The notes under the pieces were generated by a model. That model was given only the letters and a program-made list of their open reading frames with translations, was not told where the DNA came from and searched no databases. A stretch of 34,327 bases of DNA from Arcobacteraceae bacterium (lineage in GTDB: Bacteria; Campylobacterota; Campylobacteria; Campylobacterales; Arcobacteraceae): the NCBI GenBank assembly GCA_048268245.1, contig JBLWVX010000029.1, positions 1-34,327 of the forward strand, in the 5' to 3' direction. A program made the translations under genes and the position numbers. Of the stretch, positions 1-11,581 are shown in pieces (positions within the stretch are counted from its first letter, which is position 1; each line of letters starts with the position of its first letter).

Positions 1-39
1 TAACATAATACACTATTTAAAGAAACAATGTCAAAAATA

Positions 40-48
40 TGCTATGAT
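40..48 (+). promoter_or_regulatory. Extended -10 promoter element (TGcTATGAT) upstream of the response regulator
   Basis: TGnTATGAT about 30 nt before the ATG at 80, with an AAGG SD-like motif just upstream of the start. Confidence 0.45.
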
Positions 49-79
49 ATATTTATAAAATATGTGAAAAGGCTAATTT

Positions 80-1594
80 ATGGCTAACTTAAAATTTGCA
101 AAAAAAAGAAAAGAAGAAAACCCTTTAAGTGATGAAAAATGGAAAATATTAATATGTGATGATGAAATAGCAGTACACACTATAACAAAGACAGTATTAA
201 GTGATTTTACTTTTAAACACAAAAAATTAGAGTTCTTAAGTGCTTACAATGCAAAAGAAGCTTTAGAGATATTAAAAAATGAAGATGATATAGCTGTTAT
301 TCTACTTGATGTAGTTATGGAAACAGATCATGCTGGACTTGATTTAGTAAAAATTATAAGAGAAGAGTTAAATAATAAATTACTTAGAATAGTATTAAGA
401 ACAGGTCAACCAGGGTATGCACCTGAAAAAGAAGTAATTCAAAAATATGATATAAATGACTATAAAGAAAAAACTGAACTAACAGATATAAAACTTTTCA
501 CTACTATGATTAGTGCTATTAGATCATATAAAGATTTAAGAGCTATTCATAAAAGTAAAAAAGGACTAGAAAAAATTATAGATGCCACAAAAAACATCTA
601 TGAAACGAACTCTTTAAAACTTTTTGCGAGTGCTGTTTTAAGTCAAATAATATCTATTTTAAAACTAAATGGACACTCTTTCTTAATAAATGCTGATGGG
701 TTTTCACTTGAAAAAGAAGAAAAAGATATAAATCTTTTAGCAACTACAGGAAGTTTCAATAATAAAACTATAGAAGAGATATTAACTCCACAAATAAAAG
801 TGCTTATAAATGAAGCTATAGAAAAAAAAGAATCTATTTTCTTAGAAGACAAATATATAGGTTATATTCAAACAGAAAACAATAAACAAAATATCATATA
901 TATAAATGGTTTCAATAATCTAAATAAGCTGGATAAAAACTTAATAAATATATTTTCAAGCAATGTATCTAGTGCTTTTAATAATCTGTATTTAAATAAA
1001 GAGATTATTGATACACAAAAAGAGTTAATTGAAACTTTAGGGGAAACAGTTGAAAGACGTTCAAAAGAGGCTTCTCATCATGTAAGAAGAGTAGCAAAAA
1101 TTTCTTATGAACTTGCTATTAAATACGGATTGGACGAAAAAGAAGCAATTATTATTAGAAATGCTTCACCAATGCATGATGTTGGAAAAATTGGTATTCC
1201 TGATTCTATTTTATTGAAACCAGGGAAACTAGATGAAGATGAAATGGAAATTATGAAAACACATGCTCAAATAGGAAGAGATATTCTTGCTCATTCAAAA
1301 AAAGACGTTTTAAAAGCAGCCTCTATTATTGCTTATGAACACCATGAAAAATGGGATGGTTCTGGCTATCCAAATGCCTTAAAAGGCGAAGAGATACATA
1401 TTTATGGAAGAATCACAGCACTTGCAGATGTATTTGATGCCCTACTTCATAAAAGATGTTATAAAGAACCATGGAGTTTAGAAAATACTCTTAAATTGAT
1501 CAATGAACAAAAAGGTAAACACTTTGATCCAAAACTAGTAGATATACTTTTTGAAAATATAGAAACTTTTAAGAAAATAGAAGGTTTAGATTAA
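80..1594 (+). CDS. Response regulator with REC + DUF3369-like + HD-GYP domains (putative c-di-GMP phosphodiesterase)
   Basis: N-terminal ILICDDE...LLDVVM...LRTGQPG receiver domain; C-terminal HDVGKIG, HHEKWDGSGYP, ADVFDAL, R-CYK-PW HD-GYP motifs. Confidence 0.9.
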   Translation: MANLKFAKKRKEENPLSDEKWKILICDDEIAVHTITKTVLSDFTFKHKKLEFLSAYNAKEALEILKNEDDIAVILLDVVMETDHAGLDLVKIIREELNNKLLRIVLRTGQPGYAPEKEVIQKYDINDYKEKTELTDIKLFTTMISAIRSYKDLRAIHKSKKGLEKIIDATKNIYETNSLKLFASAVLSQIISILKLNGHSFLINADGFSLEKEEKDINLLATTGSFNNKTIEEILTPQIKVLINEAIEKKESIFLEDKYIGYIQTENNKQNIIYINGFNNLNKLDKNLINIFSSNVSSAFNNLYLNKEIIDTQKELIETLGETVERRSKEASHHVRRVAKISYELAIKYGLDEKEAIIIRNASPMHDVGKIGIPDSILLKPGKLDEDEMEIMKTHAQIGRDILAHSKKDVLKAASIIAYEHHEKWDGSGYPNALKGEEIHIYGRITALADVFDALLHKRCYKEPWSLENTLKLINEQKGKHFDPKLVDILFENIETFKKIEGLD

Positions 1595-1604
1595 ACTAAA
1601 CTTT

Positions 1605-4505
1605 CTATTCATCTCCTAAATTTTTAATAAATTCAAATAATTTAACAGGAGATTCAAGTACTCTTTTTCCAATATTTACAGGAACAGAAAAGGCATCTTT
1701 TGTAAGATTTGTAGAAATTTTTGGATTCTTTAAATCTCCAAAAATATTAACTTGAGTAGCTACTCTTTTATTCTCTCCAAGCAATACATAATTTACAACG
1801 GGAATACTTCCAACAATTGAAGAGTAATCTTTAAAAAATATCAGTTTTATTTTTGAATCAAGAGTCATATTATTTAAATCTATTTTCCCTTTTCCATCAA
1901 AATCAATACCATTTCCTACAGTAATAAGTTTGTTCACATCTAAATTTTTCTTTTTATTATCATATACAAATTCTAAAACTCCATCTATAATTTGATACCC
2001 AGTAAGATTAAAACCTTTATTTGATGCCATAGAAACAACAGAAGGTATAGCTAATAAAGGGTTTATTAAAGCAGGTGAACTATGAATAAAAATCAGTAGA
2101 TTATTTATGATTGCTAAATCTTTAATCTTTACATTTGTAAAAATAGTTTTACCTTTTAAATTATGTTCATAACCATTGGCTAAAAACATCATTTTCCCAC
2201 CCTCAACAATTTGTTTATCAAAAATAGTATTTACAAACTCATCACTTATATCATTTGCATAAATATCAATCTTCCCTTCTTTTGATTGTTTATAAGTCAC
2301 ATCTGTTTTTTTGTGCATTAGGTGAAGATATTTACTAGTATCTTCTTTTAATCTAAATTCATAAGTATCAGCAATAAATTTAAAATCTTCATTTATTATA
2401 AGACTAGAATTTTTTGTATTAAGATTTATAATATTAAATTTACTTTTCTCTTCACTTTTTAAATCAACTAAAATATCAAAACCATTTACATCCAAATCAA
2501 GTCTATTTTCATCAATTATTCTTAGATTTAAATTATCATCTTTGGTTTTAATTTTAATTTTATTTTCTGAAATTATCCCTTCTAATTGTAAAGAAGTAAC
2601 TCTCTTATCATCTTTTGATAGAGGTATATCAAGATTATTGACAAGAGCATCAAAAGAAACACTTTTATCATTTATATTTGCATTAAAATTTTTCAAATAA
2701 TATTCAGTATCCTTCATTTTTAGACGAACATCTTCACCTTTTACTAATAAGTCTAATTTTTTACTACTATTATTTTCATCACTTATATCAACTAGATAAT
2801 CTTTTAGAAAAAGTTCTACTCTTTTTCCATCTATAAATAGTTTAACTTTTTCATTTAGTGAACTAATATAAGTTTTAGAATCTTGCACCTTTCCTTGTAT
2901 TTTTAAACTTTCAACCTTAGTACTATTTTCATATAAAGGATAATCAAGCTTTGAAATAAATCCATTAAAACTTAAATTCTTCTCATCTTTTATTTTTAAA
3001 CTTAGATTTCCTTCTTTAATAGAATTGTTTTTAAGGACTTGTGAATACTCATAAATTTTAGATAAATCTTTTATGTTAACATTTATTAACTCATCCACAT
3101 AAATATCTAAAGCTAAATCCTCAAGAGAGATTTCAACTGCTTTAGAAAAATCCAGATTAATTTTACTTTTTTTATTTTCTACATTTACAATATTTTGAGT
3201 TTTTGATTCAATATCAAAATTGTTTATTAAAACATCACCTTTTGCTTTTAAAGTTTTTGTATCTAGTTCAAGATTGTTTATTGTAGCTTTTAACATATCT
3301 TTGTGTACAAAGCCAGAGTTTTTTATCCTAATTATAGAACCATCTAAAAATACATTTGCTTTTTTTGTATAAAATTCAAAATTATTAGCTTTTATTTTTG
3401 CATTCTCAACAATAAATCGCCCTTGTGTACTCATCTTTTTACTTAATAAATAAGGAACTTTTATAACTAATAAAGTATTTGTAATACCAGTTTGTTGAAC
3501 TAATGGAATATTTATATTATATGTTTTTAATAACTCCAATATAGTTTGATTTAGTTTTGATTTTGATTTTATATTAACTTCAACTACTCCATTTTTTTCA
3601 CTAGCTAAATTTCTAATTACTACAAAACTTCCATCAATATCTACATTTTTATATTTTGGTTTTAAAAGGTTAATATGAAGGTTTCCTTTTTTAAACTCTA
3701 AATCTATTTGTTTACTAACAATAGGACTTTCACCTTTTTGAAAGTTTACCTTTGCATCATAAAGTTTTGCTGTACCTTTTAAAGAATTTTCTATAACTCT
3801 TTTTCTTTGTAAATCAACTGTTCCATAAAAGTCTTCAAGTTTTATATCAGCAGTTACATTTTTATACATCCAGTCTTCTGCATCTACTGAAAGCCTAAAA
3901 AACTCTTTTAAAAATGATAAACTTTTAAATTTATTTGAATTTATATAAAATTGTGCGATTTTATCTGTCATTTCTAATTTTAAATCACCATTTACATCTT
4001 CATAATAATATTTTCCAAAATAGTCTAACTTTTCATTAAAATAATCTATTTTTACTTTTCCATCAAGTAATAAATTTACATCTTTTAAGTGTAATGAATA
4101 CATATCGAAGACCACTTGATGGGCACTAAAGTTTACTTTTGAAGAAAAGTTAACAAACTTATTATCTAAATATATTGCTTTTTCATTTAAAGAGATTGTA
4201 AATTCATTTCCATCAATTAATAGTCTTTCCACATGTATTCTTTTGAAGATTTTCAAGATATTTGGTAAAAGTTCAATATTCTTTTTTAAATCCTCATATG
4301 AACTTGTAACTTGTGATTTTTTTGATTTATATTCGATATTTTCTATATCTACAATAAGTTTTTTATCTAGTTTTATATAAAATTGCGAAACATTTATATT
4401 ATTAAAAGAGAAAGAGTCTATTTTTATGCCTGATAATAACAGCGAAAACACCGAAACCATAGTCAAAAAAAGAAAAACTAATAAAAGTTTAATTATTTTT
4501 AACAT
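1605..4505 (-). CDS. AsmA-like/YhdP (DUF3971-type) bridge-like envelope protein
   Basis: 966 aa, single N-terminal TM, beta-rich body, AsmA_2-like C-terminus (IDFDGKGKIDL...IPVVNYVLLG...GDLKNPKI); paired with mltG as in other Campylobacterales. Confidence 0.8.
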   Translation of the reverse strand: MLKIIKLLLVFLFLTMVSVFSLLLSGIKIDSFSFNNINVSQFYIKLDKKLIVDIENIEYKSKKSQVTSSYEDLKKNIELLPNILKIFKRIHVERLLIDGNEFTISLNEKAIYLDNKFVNFSSKVNFSAHQVVFDMYSLHLKDVNLLLDGKVKIDYFNEKLDYFGKYYYEDVNGDLKLEMTDKIAQFYINSNKFKSLSFLKEFFRLSVDAEDWMYKNVTADIKLEDFYGTVDLQRKRVIENSLKGTAKLYDAKVNFQKGESPIVSKQIDLEFKKGNLHINLLKPKYKNVDIDGSFVVIRNLASEKNGVVEVNIKSKSKLNQTILELLKTYNINIPLVQQTGITNTLLVIKVPYLLSKKMSTQGRFIVENAKIKANNFEFYTKKANVFLDGSIIRIKNSGFVHKDMLKATINNLELDTKTLKAKGDVLINNFDIESKTQNIVNVENKKSKINLDFSKAVEISLEDLALDIYVDELINVNIKDLSKIYEYSQVLKNNSIKEGNLSLKIKDEKNLSFNGFISKLDYPLYENSTKVESLKIQGKVQDSKTYISSLNEKVKLFIDGKRVELFLKDYLVDISDENNSSKKLDLLVKGEDVRLKMKDTEYYLKNFNANINDKSVSFDALVNNLDIPLSKDDKRVTSLQLEGIISENKIKIKTKDDNLNLRIIDENRLDLDVNGFDILVDLKSEEKSKFNIINLNTKNSSLIINEDFKFIADTYEFRLKEDTSKYLHLMHKKTDVTYKQSKEGKIDIYANDISDEFVNTIFDKQIVEGGKMMFLANGYEHNLKGKTIFTNVKIKDLAIINNLLIFIHSSPALINPLLAIPSVVSMASNKGFNLTGYQIIDGVLEFVYDNKKKNLDVNKLITVGNGIDFDGKGKIDLNNMTLDSKIKLIFFKDYSSIVGSIPVVNYVLLGENKRVATQVNIFGDLKNPKISTNLTKDAFSVPVNIGKRVLESPVKLFEFIKNLGDE

Positions 4506-5547
4506 TATTGAATTATTCCTTGTAAGCTTAATAGTTATTTTATTTTATGTAACAATTCCAATGAATTCTACAAAAGTTTTGTTTATACCAAAAGGTAGTA
4601 CTAATTCTATAATATCTTATCTAAATAAAAGTGGCTTTGAGCTTAATATAATAGACAAAGTTATCCTAAGAGGAATGGGTTTTATTCAAAGTGGATGGAT
4701 AGATATAAATCAAAATGAACTTACAAAAATGGATTTTTTGTATAAGCTTACTACTTCAAAAGCTGCACTAAAAACAATAACTTTAGTCCCAGGTGAGACA
4801 AACTATATTTTAATAAAAAAATTAGCAAAGAAATTTAATTTATCAGAAAAAAAGCTTTGGGAAGTTTATAATAAACATGCATATAAAGCTGATGGAAATA
4901 TTTTAGCGGAGACTTACTCTTTACCTTATGGAATGAAAGAAGACCATCTAATGTTATATCTTTTATCTCAAACAAGTAAAAAATACGAAGAGTTTTCTAA
5001 AAAAATATTTGGTATTTATGACAAGAAAAAATGGTATTACTACATAAGTCTAGCTTCTATTATTCAAAAAGAATCAGCAACAATTGATGAAATGCCAATT
5101 GTATCAAGTGTTATTCATAATAGACTAAAAAAAGGTATGAAGCTTCAAATGGATGGAACTTTAAACTATGGCAAATATGCTCATGTAAAAGTAACTGCAA
5201 AAAGAATTAAAGAAGATGATAGTTCATACAATACATATAAGTACAGAGGCTTACCCAAAAACCCTGTTTCAGCAGTAGGATTAAATGCAATAAAAGCTGC
5301 AATCTTCCCAGTAAAAAGTAGATATTTATACTTTGTAAGAGATAATAAAACTGGTTTACATAAATTTGCAAAAAGTTACAAAGAACATGTAAATAACATA
5401 AATGCAAACAGAGGTGTTAAAAAAAGTTACACTAAAGTTAAAACAGTTGAGACAAAGATTGATAAAGAAGCTAAAACAATCATGAATACCGATGTAAGCA
5501 AGCAGAAGCCTACATCTATTAAAGATTTATGGATGAATATAAAATAA
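4426..5547 (+). CDS. mltG: Endolytic peptidoglycan transglycosylase MltG (YceG family)
   Basis: N-terminal TM; ASIIQKE (catalytic Glu), NRLKKGMKLQMDGT, YNTY..GLPKNPV, YLYFV motifs. Confidence 0.93.
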   Translation: MPDNNSENTETIVKKRKTNKSLIIFNIIELFLVSLIVILFYVTIPMNSTKVLFIPKGSTNSIISYLNKSGFELNIIDKVILRGMGFIQSGWIDINQNELTKMDFLYKLTTSKAALKTITLVPGETNYILIKKLAKKFNLSEKKLWEVYNKHAYKADGNILAETYSLPYGMKEDHLMLYLLSQTSKKYEEFSKKIFGIYDKKKWYYYISLASIIQKESATIDEMPIVSSVIHNRLKKGMKLQMDGTLNYGKYAHVKVTAKRIKEDDSSYNTYKYRGLPKNPVSAVGLNAIKAAIFPVKSRYLYFVRDNKTGLHKFAKSYKEHVNNINANRGVKKSYTKVKTVETKIDKEAKTIMNTDVSKQKPTSIKDLWMNIK

Positions 5548-5627
5548 TAATTGTGCAAAATTGAAACAAACATATTTTTGACATATTTTTAATTATAAAT
5601 TTAAATTATGATAAACTTTATAAGTGA

Positions 5628-5645
5628 TATGATGATGACATCATA
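5628..5645. promoter_or_regulatory. Inverted repeat TATGATG-N4-CATCATA upstream of icd (candidate operator)
   Basis: Perfect 7-bp arms about 25 nt before the icd start. Confidence 0.4.
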
Positions 5646-5654
5646 AAAATTTAA

Positions 5655-7862
<2,208 letters not shown>

Positions 7863-7875
7863 TAAAATTCAATTG

Positions 7876-7903
7876 AAAAGAGAAGTTTAAAACTTCTCTT
7901 TTT
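7876..7903 (+). terminator. Intrinsic terminator after icd
   Basis: AAAAGAGAAGTTT-A-AAACTTCTCTTTT inverted repeat ending in a T run. Confidence 0.8.
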
Positions 7904-7989
7904 ATCAGAAAATAAACTATCTACAATCTTACAAATAAGTACCAATTCGATATAATTATTTAAAATATTCTTTACCAAAGGTTTCTATT

Positions 7990-8934
7990 TTGAATAATAA
8001 AAAAGTCGGTATAATTGGTGTTGGGAATGTAGGTTCTACTTTAGCTTTCACACTTGCTTCAAAAAATATATGTTCACAAATTTTACTAAAAGATATAAGA
8101 GAAAATATAGTTCAAGCTATGGCTTTAGATATTTCACAAAGTGCAAATGCCTCAAAATCAAATACAATTGTAAAAGCATGTATTAAAGATGAAGAGTTTA
8201 AAGATTGTGACATAATAGCAATAACAGCTGGAGTTGCAAGACGTCCAGGTATGAGTAGAGATGACTTACTTCTAACAAATGCAAAAATAATGACCCAAGT
8301 AATTCAAAGTGCAATTACGTTTAATCCAAATGCAATAATAATTGTTGTTTCAAATCCCCTTGATGCTATGGTTTATACAGCATTAAAGGCAGCAAACTAT
8401 CCAAGAAATAAAATTATAGGAATGGCAGGTATTTTAGATAGTGCTAGAATGTCTCACTTTATTTTAGAAAAGTTAGGATATGGTGCTGGACAAATTGAAG
8501 CTTCTGTAATGGGAGGACATGGCGATGATATGGTTCCTTTAGCAAACTTTTCTACAGTTGCAGGAGTTCCTTTATCAGAAGTTTTAGAAAAAGAAGATAT
8601 CGATGAGATTGTGGAAAAAACAAAAAATGGTGGAGCTCAAATAGTAAAACTATTAGAAACAGGCTCTGCTTATTATGCTCCTGCATATGCTACTTCACTT
8701 ATGGTTGAAGCAATACTTGAAGATAAAAAAGAAGTCTATCCTTGTGCTGTAAGACTAGAAGGTGAATATGGTTACAAAGATATTGTTTCAGGAGTTCCTG
8801 TAATGCTTGGGAAAGATGGAGTTGAAAAAATAATTGAACTTAATTTAGATGATTCTCAAAAAGATGAATTTAAAAAATCAATATCATCTGTTCAAGAACT
8901 AGTTGATACACTAGAAGATAATTTTTTTAAATAA
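7990..8934 (+). CDS. mdh: Malate dehydrogenase (LDH-like), TTG start
   Basis: GIIGVGNVG Rossmann motif, TAGVARRPGMSRDDLL, VSNPLDAM, LDSAR, GGHGDDMVP, GSAYYAPA; directly follows icd. Confidence 0.95.
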   Translation: MNNKKVGIIGVGNVGSTLAFTLASKNICSQILLKDIRENIVQAMALDISQSANASKSNTIVKACIKDEEFKDCDIIAITAGVARRPGMSRDDLLLTNAKIMTQVIQSAITFNPNAIIIVVSNPLDAMVYTALKAANYPRNKIIGMAGILDSARMSHFILEKLGYGAGQIEASVMGGHGDDMVPLANFSTVAGVPLSEVLEKEDIDEIVEKTKNGGAQIVKLLETGSAYYAPAYATSLMVEAILEDKKEVYPCAVRLEGEYGYKDIVSGVPVMLGKDGVEKIIELNLDDSQKDEFKKSISSVQELVDTLEDNFFK

Positions 8935-8953
8935 AAAGAAAAAGGTATATAAT

Positions 8954-9244
8954 ATGAAAGAAACATTTGAAGTTTACAATGTAAAATGTGGTGGATGTGC
9001 TAATACTTTAATAAACTCTTTAAAAGATGAATTTGGTGAAGTTGAAGTAAATTTAGATGTAAATCCAAGAAAAATTACACTTGACATTGAAGATGAAAAA
9101 AAGGAATCTTTAAAATTAAAACTAAGAGCTCTTGGTTATCCATTAACTAGTGATGAATTGTCTGGTTTAGATAAAGCTACAACAACTGCGAAAAGTTTTG
9201 TTTCTTGTGCAGTTGGGAAATTTAATGTAGCTACAGGGAAGTAA
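8954..9244 (+). CDS. Heavy-metal-associated (HMA) domain protein
   Basis: NVKCGGCA CxxC motif, ferredoxin-like HMA size, C-terminal SFVSCAVG extension. Confidence 0.85.
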   Translation: MKETFEVYNVKCGGCANTLINSLKDEFGEVEVNLDVNPRKITLDIEDEKKESLKLKLRALGYPLTSDELSGLDKATTTAKSFVSCAVGKFNVATGK

Positions 9245-9322
9245 ATATATATAGAGGATATACTCCTCCTTCCCTAAAATAATATAAATCTAATCTTATT
9301 TAAGTAGTTGTCATATAATTGT

Positions 9323-9654
9323 CGTAACCGACAAAGCCTAGAAAATGGTAAAATTATCATATATTAATTTAGCAAAAGCTTTCGAACTTGAAGTATCACA
9401 ACTACAAAAAATAATAGAAGAAAGTAAAAACCAAATAAATCAAAAAGTAAGTAATTCAACATCAGATAATAGTTTCTTTAGTTTTAAAAAAAAAGATACA
9501 AGTGTCATAACTTTTTTATTTGTAAATACGATTCTTATTCTAATAAATATAATTACAAACTTTGAGATTTTATGGTTTATTTATCCTTTACTTGGATGGG
9601 GGAATACCTCTTTTTTATAAAAAATATAAAAAGTATTATTTACAGAAGTATTGA
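9323..9654 (+). pseudogene. Decayed HTH(XRE)-2TM domain gene (ORF track 9345..9620), probably frameshifted
   Basis: LAKAFELEVSQL resembles an XRE HTH end; RNRQSLENGK lies upstream in another frame; WFIYPLLGWG is 2TM-like; removing one G from G5 (9598-9602) gives GWGIPLFYKKYKKYYLQKY* ending at 9654. Confidence 0.55.
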
Positions 9655-9667
9655 TTTTTAGTACTTC

Positions 9668-9717
9668 TTGCAAATTTTTTATTTTTTCAATATAATATAC
9701 CCTACTATACTATATTA
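9668..9717 (+). promoter_or_regulatory. Sigma70 promoter of the CDF-repressor operon with overlapping candidate CsoR/RcnR operator
   Basis: TTGCAA (9668-9673), 17 nt, TATAAT (9691-9696); inverted repeat TAATATA-CCCTACTATAC-TATATTA (9693-9717) containing ATACCC. Confidence 0.7.
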
Positions 9718-9727
9718 AAGGTTCTTT

Positions 9728-10669
9728 ATGTCAAGAGAAAAGAAAATTTTACTTATTATAATTGTAAATACAATCATAATTATCTCAGAAATTATATTTG
9801 GTATTTTATCAAATTCATTTGCACTTATTGCAGATGCACTTCATAATGCAGGAGATGTGTTAGCTGTTGTCGTTACTTATTTAGCTTTAGTTTTAGGGAC
9901 TAAAACTACAACATTTAGACAAACTTTTGGCTATTTAAGAGCTGAAATGATGGCTGCTTTTGTTAATACCCTATTTTTATATGTAACAATGATATATATG
10001 ATATACGAAGCTGTAAATAGATTTTTTAATCCTGAAATTATAGATCCAATATATATGATAATTGTTGGATTTATTGCGGTTATTGCAAATGGTATAAGTG
10101 CTTATATTTTAAATAATATTGGTGTAAGTTCTTGCTCACATGATCATGAACATAATCATTCACATGAACATAATCATTCACACACAAATGATGAAGATGC
10201 AAATATAAGATCAGCATACTTACATATGCTAAGCGATGCATTAATATCTGTTGCTGTAGTAATTGCTGGTATTTTTATATATTTCTTTGAAGTTTATTTT
10301 ATTGATTCAATCTTAACAGTTTTATTTAGTATTTATATACTTTTTCATTCATATCCTTTACTTAAAAAAAGTTTTTTGTCTTTAATGGATATAAATATTA
10401 TAGATATATCTCAAGAAAAAATTGAATTGATAATAAAAGAGAATGATAATGTAATAGAATATAATGATTTACATATCTATAAGCCTAGTTCAAAACATAA
10501 TTTTATATCATTTCATCTAGTATTAAAAGATATGAATATGGATTTAGAAAAAATTGAAAAGATTACTAATAATATTGAACATAATTTAAATCATCTAGGA
10601 TTTAATCATGTTCTAATACAAGTAGACTCAGTAAAAAAACTAAAAAAATATACTAATTGTATTCTATAA
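9728..10669 (+). CDS. Cation diffusion facilitator (CzcD/ZitB-like) metal exporter
   Basis: ALIADALHNAGD, TFGYLRAE, His-rich loop, NIRSAYLHMLSD, DLHIY motifs; about 6 TM segments. Confidence 0.93.
   Translation: MSREKKILLIIIVNTIIIISEIIFGILSNSFALIADALHNAGDVLAVVVTYLALVLGTKTTTFRQTFGYLRAEMMAAFVNTLFLYVTMIYMIYEAVNRFFNPEIIDPIYMIIVGFIAVIANGISAYILNNIGVSSCSHDHEHNHSHEHNHSHTNDEDANIRSAYLHMLSDALISVAVVIAGIFIYFFEVYFIDSILTVLFSIYILFHSYPLLKKSFLSLMDINIIDISQEKIELIIKENDNVIEYNDLHIYKPSSKHNFISFHLVLKDMNMDLEKIEKITNNIEHNLNHLGFNHVLIQVDSVKKLKKYTNCIL
10145..10180 (+). repeat. Perfect 18-bp tandem duplication (CATGAACATAATCATTCA x2) in the His-rich loop
   Basis: Encodes HEHNHS-HEHNHS. Confidence 0.9.
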
Positions 10670-10678
10670 AGGATTTAA

Positions 10679-10984
10679 ATGTACCAGTGTGATGTAGAAA
10701 ATAAAAAATTAATAAACAGAATAAATAGAATTTATGGACAAGTCAACTCGGTAAAAAAAAAGCTTGAAAATGACATAGATTGTAAAGATGAACATCTAGA
10801 CCCATATGAAGTAATAAGACAGCTTACAGCAATCAAAGGTGCAGTAAATGGAATGATAAATTCTTATGTAGAACACTTTGCAAAGGGTCATTTAGTAAAA
10901 GAGATTCAAGAAGCAAAAACACAAGCTGATGCTATGGCAAAAATGGATGAACTTGTAAATATCATGAAAAGTTATAGTAAATAA
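10679..10984 (+). CDS. CsoR/RcnR/FrmR-family metal-sensing repressor
   Basis: NRINRIYGQV, Cys35, QLTAIKGAVNG, GHLV; directly downstream of the CDF gene. Confidence 0.85.
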   Translation: MYQCDVENKKLINRINRIYGQVNSVKKKLENDIDCKDEHLDPYEVIRQLTAIKGAVNGMINSYVEHFAKGHLVKEIQEAKTQADAMAKMDELVNIMKSYSK

Positions 10985-10989
10985 ATTTA

Positions 10990-11571
10990 CTATAACTTTG
11001 AAGCAAGTGAATTTAAAACTGAAGTTTTCTCTTCTTTAGAAATACCTTTTTGCATAGCATCAAGCTTTACAGTACCATCAAAAACTTCTTTTATAGTTCC
11101 ATCTTTTTGAACCTTATATACATAATATTTATTTGGAATAACACTATTTAAACCAAGAACTCTTATAACTGCTCCATTTGAATCATTTATAAGCTTATTA
11201 TTAGTACCTTTATATAGTTCTTCAAGTTTTCCATCAACAGCTAATTTTTTTATTAACCATGGTGTTTGAGAGACATTTGCTACAAGTACAATATCTTTTT
11301 TTATATGTTTATCAAGTTCATTGAAAACAGCTAATGAGTCGTGATTTAAAACAATTAAAAATTTTTCTTCACCTTTTGGGAAAAGTGTTTCTTTCCTAAA
11401 ATAATTACCTTCACCTATCAATTCAAAATGACTGGGAAAATAAGTCACACTTTTCAATACTTTCTTTTCATCTTTTTTAGGAGCAAGTCTATCTTCAGGA
11501 GCAGTCAAATAAACTAAACCTGCAAAACCTACAATACCTAAAAATACAATCTTTAAAACATTTTTAATCAT
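10990..11571 (-). CDS. Membrane-anchored hypothetical protein, possible thioredoxin-like fold without CxxC
   Basis: N-terminal TM; IVLVANVSQTPWLIKK..., LINDSNG...LGL...YYVYKVQKDGTI pattern. Confidence 0.55.
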   Translation of the reverse strand: MIKNVLKIVFLGIVGFAGLVYLTAPEDRLAPKKDEKKVLKSVTYFPSHFELIGEGNYFRKETLFPKGEEKFLIVLNHDSLAVFNELDKHIKKDIVLVANVSQTPWLIKKLAVDGKLEELYKGTNNKLINDSNGAVIRVLGLNSVIPNKYYVYKVQKDGTIKEVFDGTVKLDAMQKGISKEEKTSVLNSLASKL

Positions 11572-11581
11572 ATATACCTTC

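Noticed and set aside
9254..9268. GAGGA-TATAC-TCCTC hairpin after the HMA gene as a terminator
   Set aside because: Only a 5-bp stem and no U-tract; too weak to call
9598..9602. Phase-variable poly-G tract
   Set aside because: Only 5 G, and the gene's 5' end is also decayed
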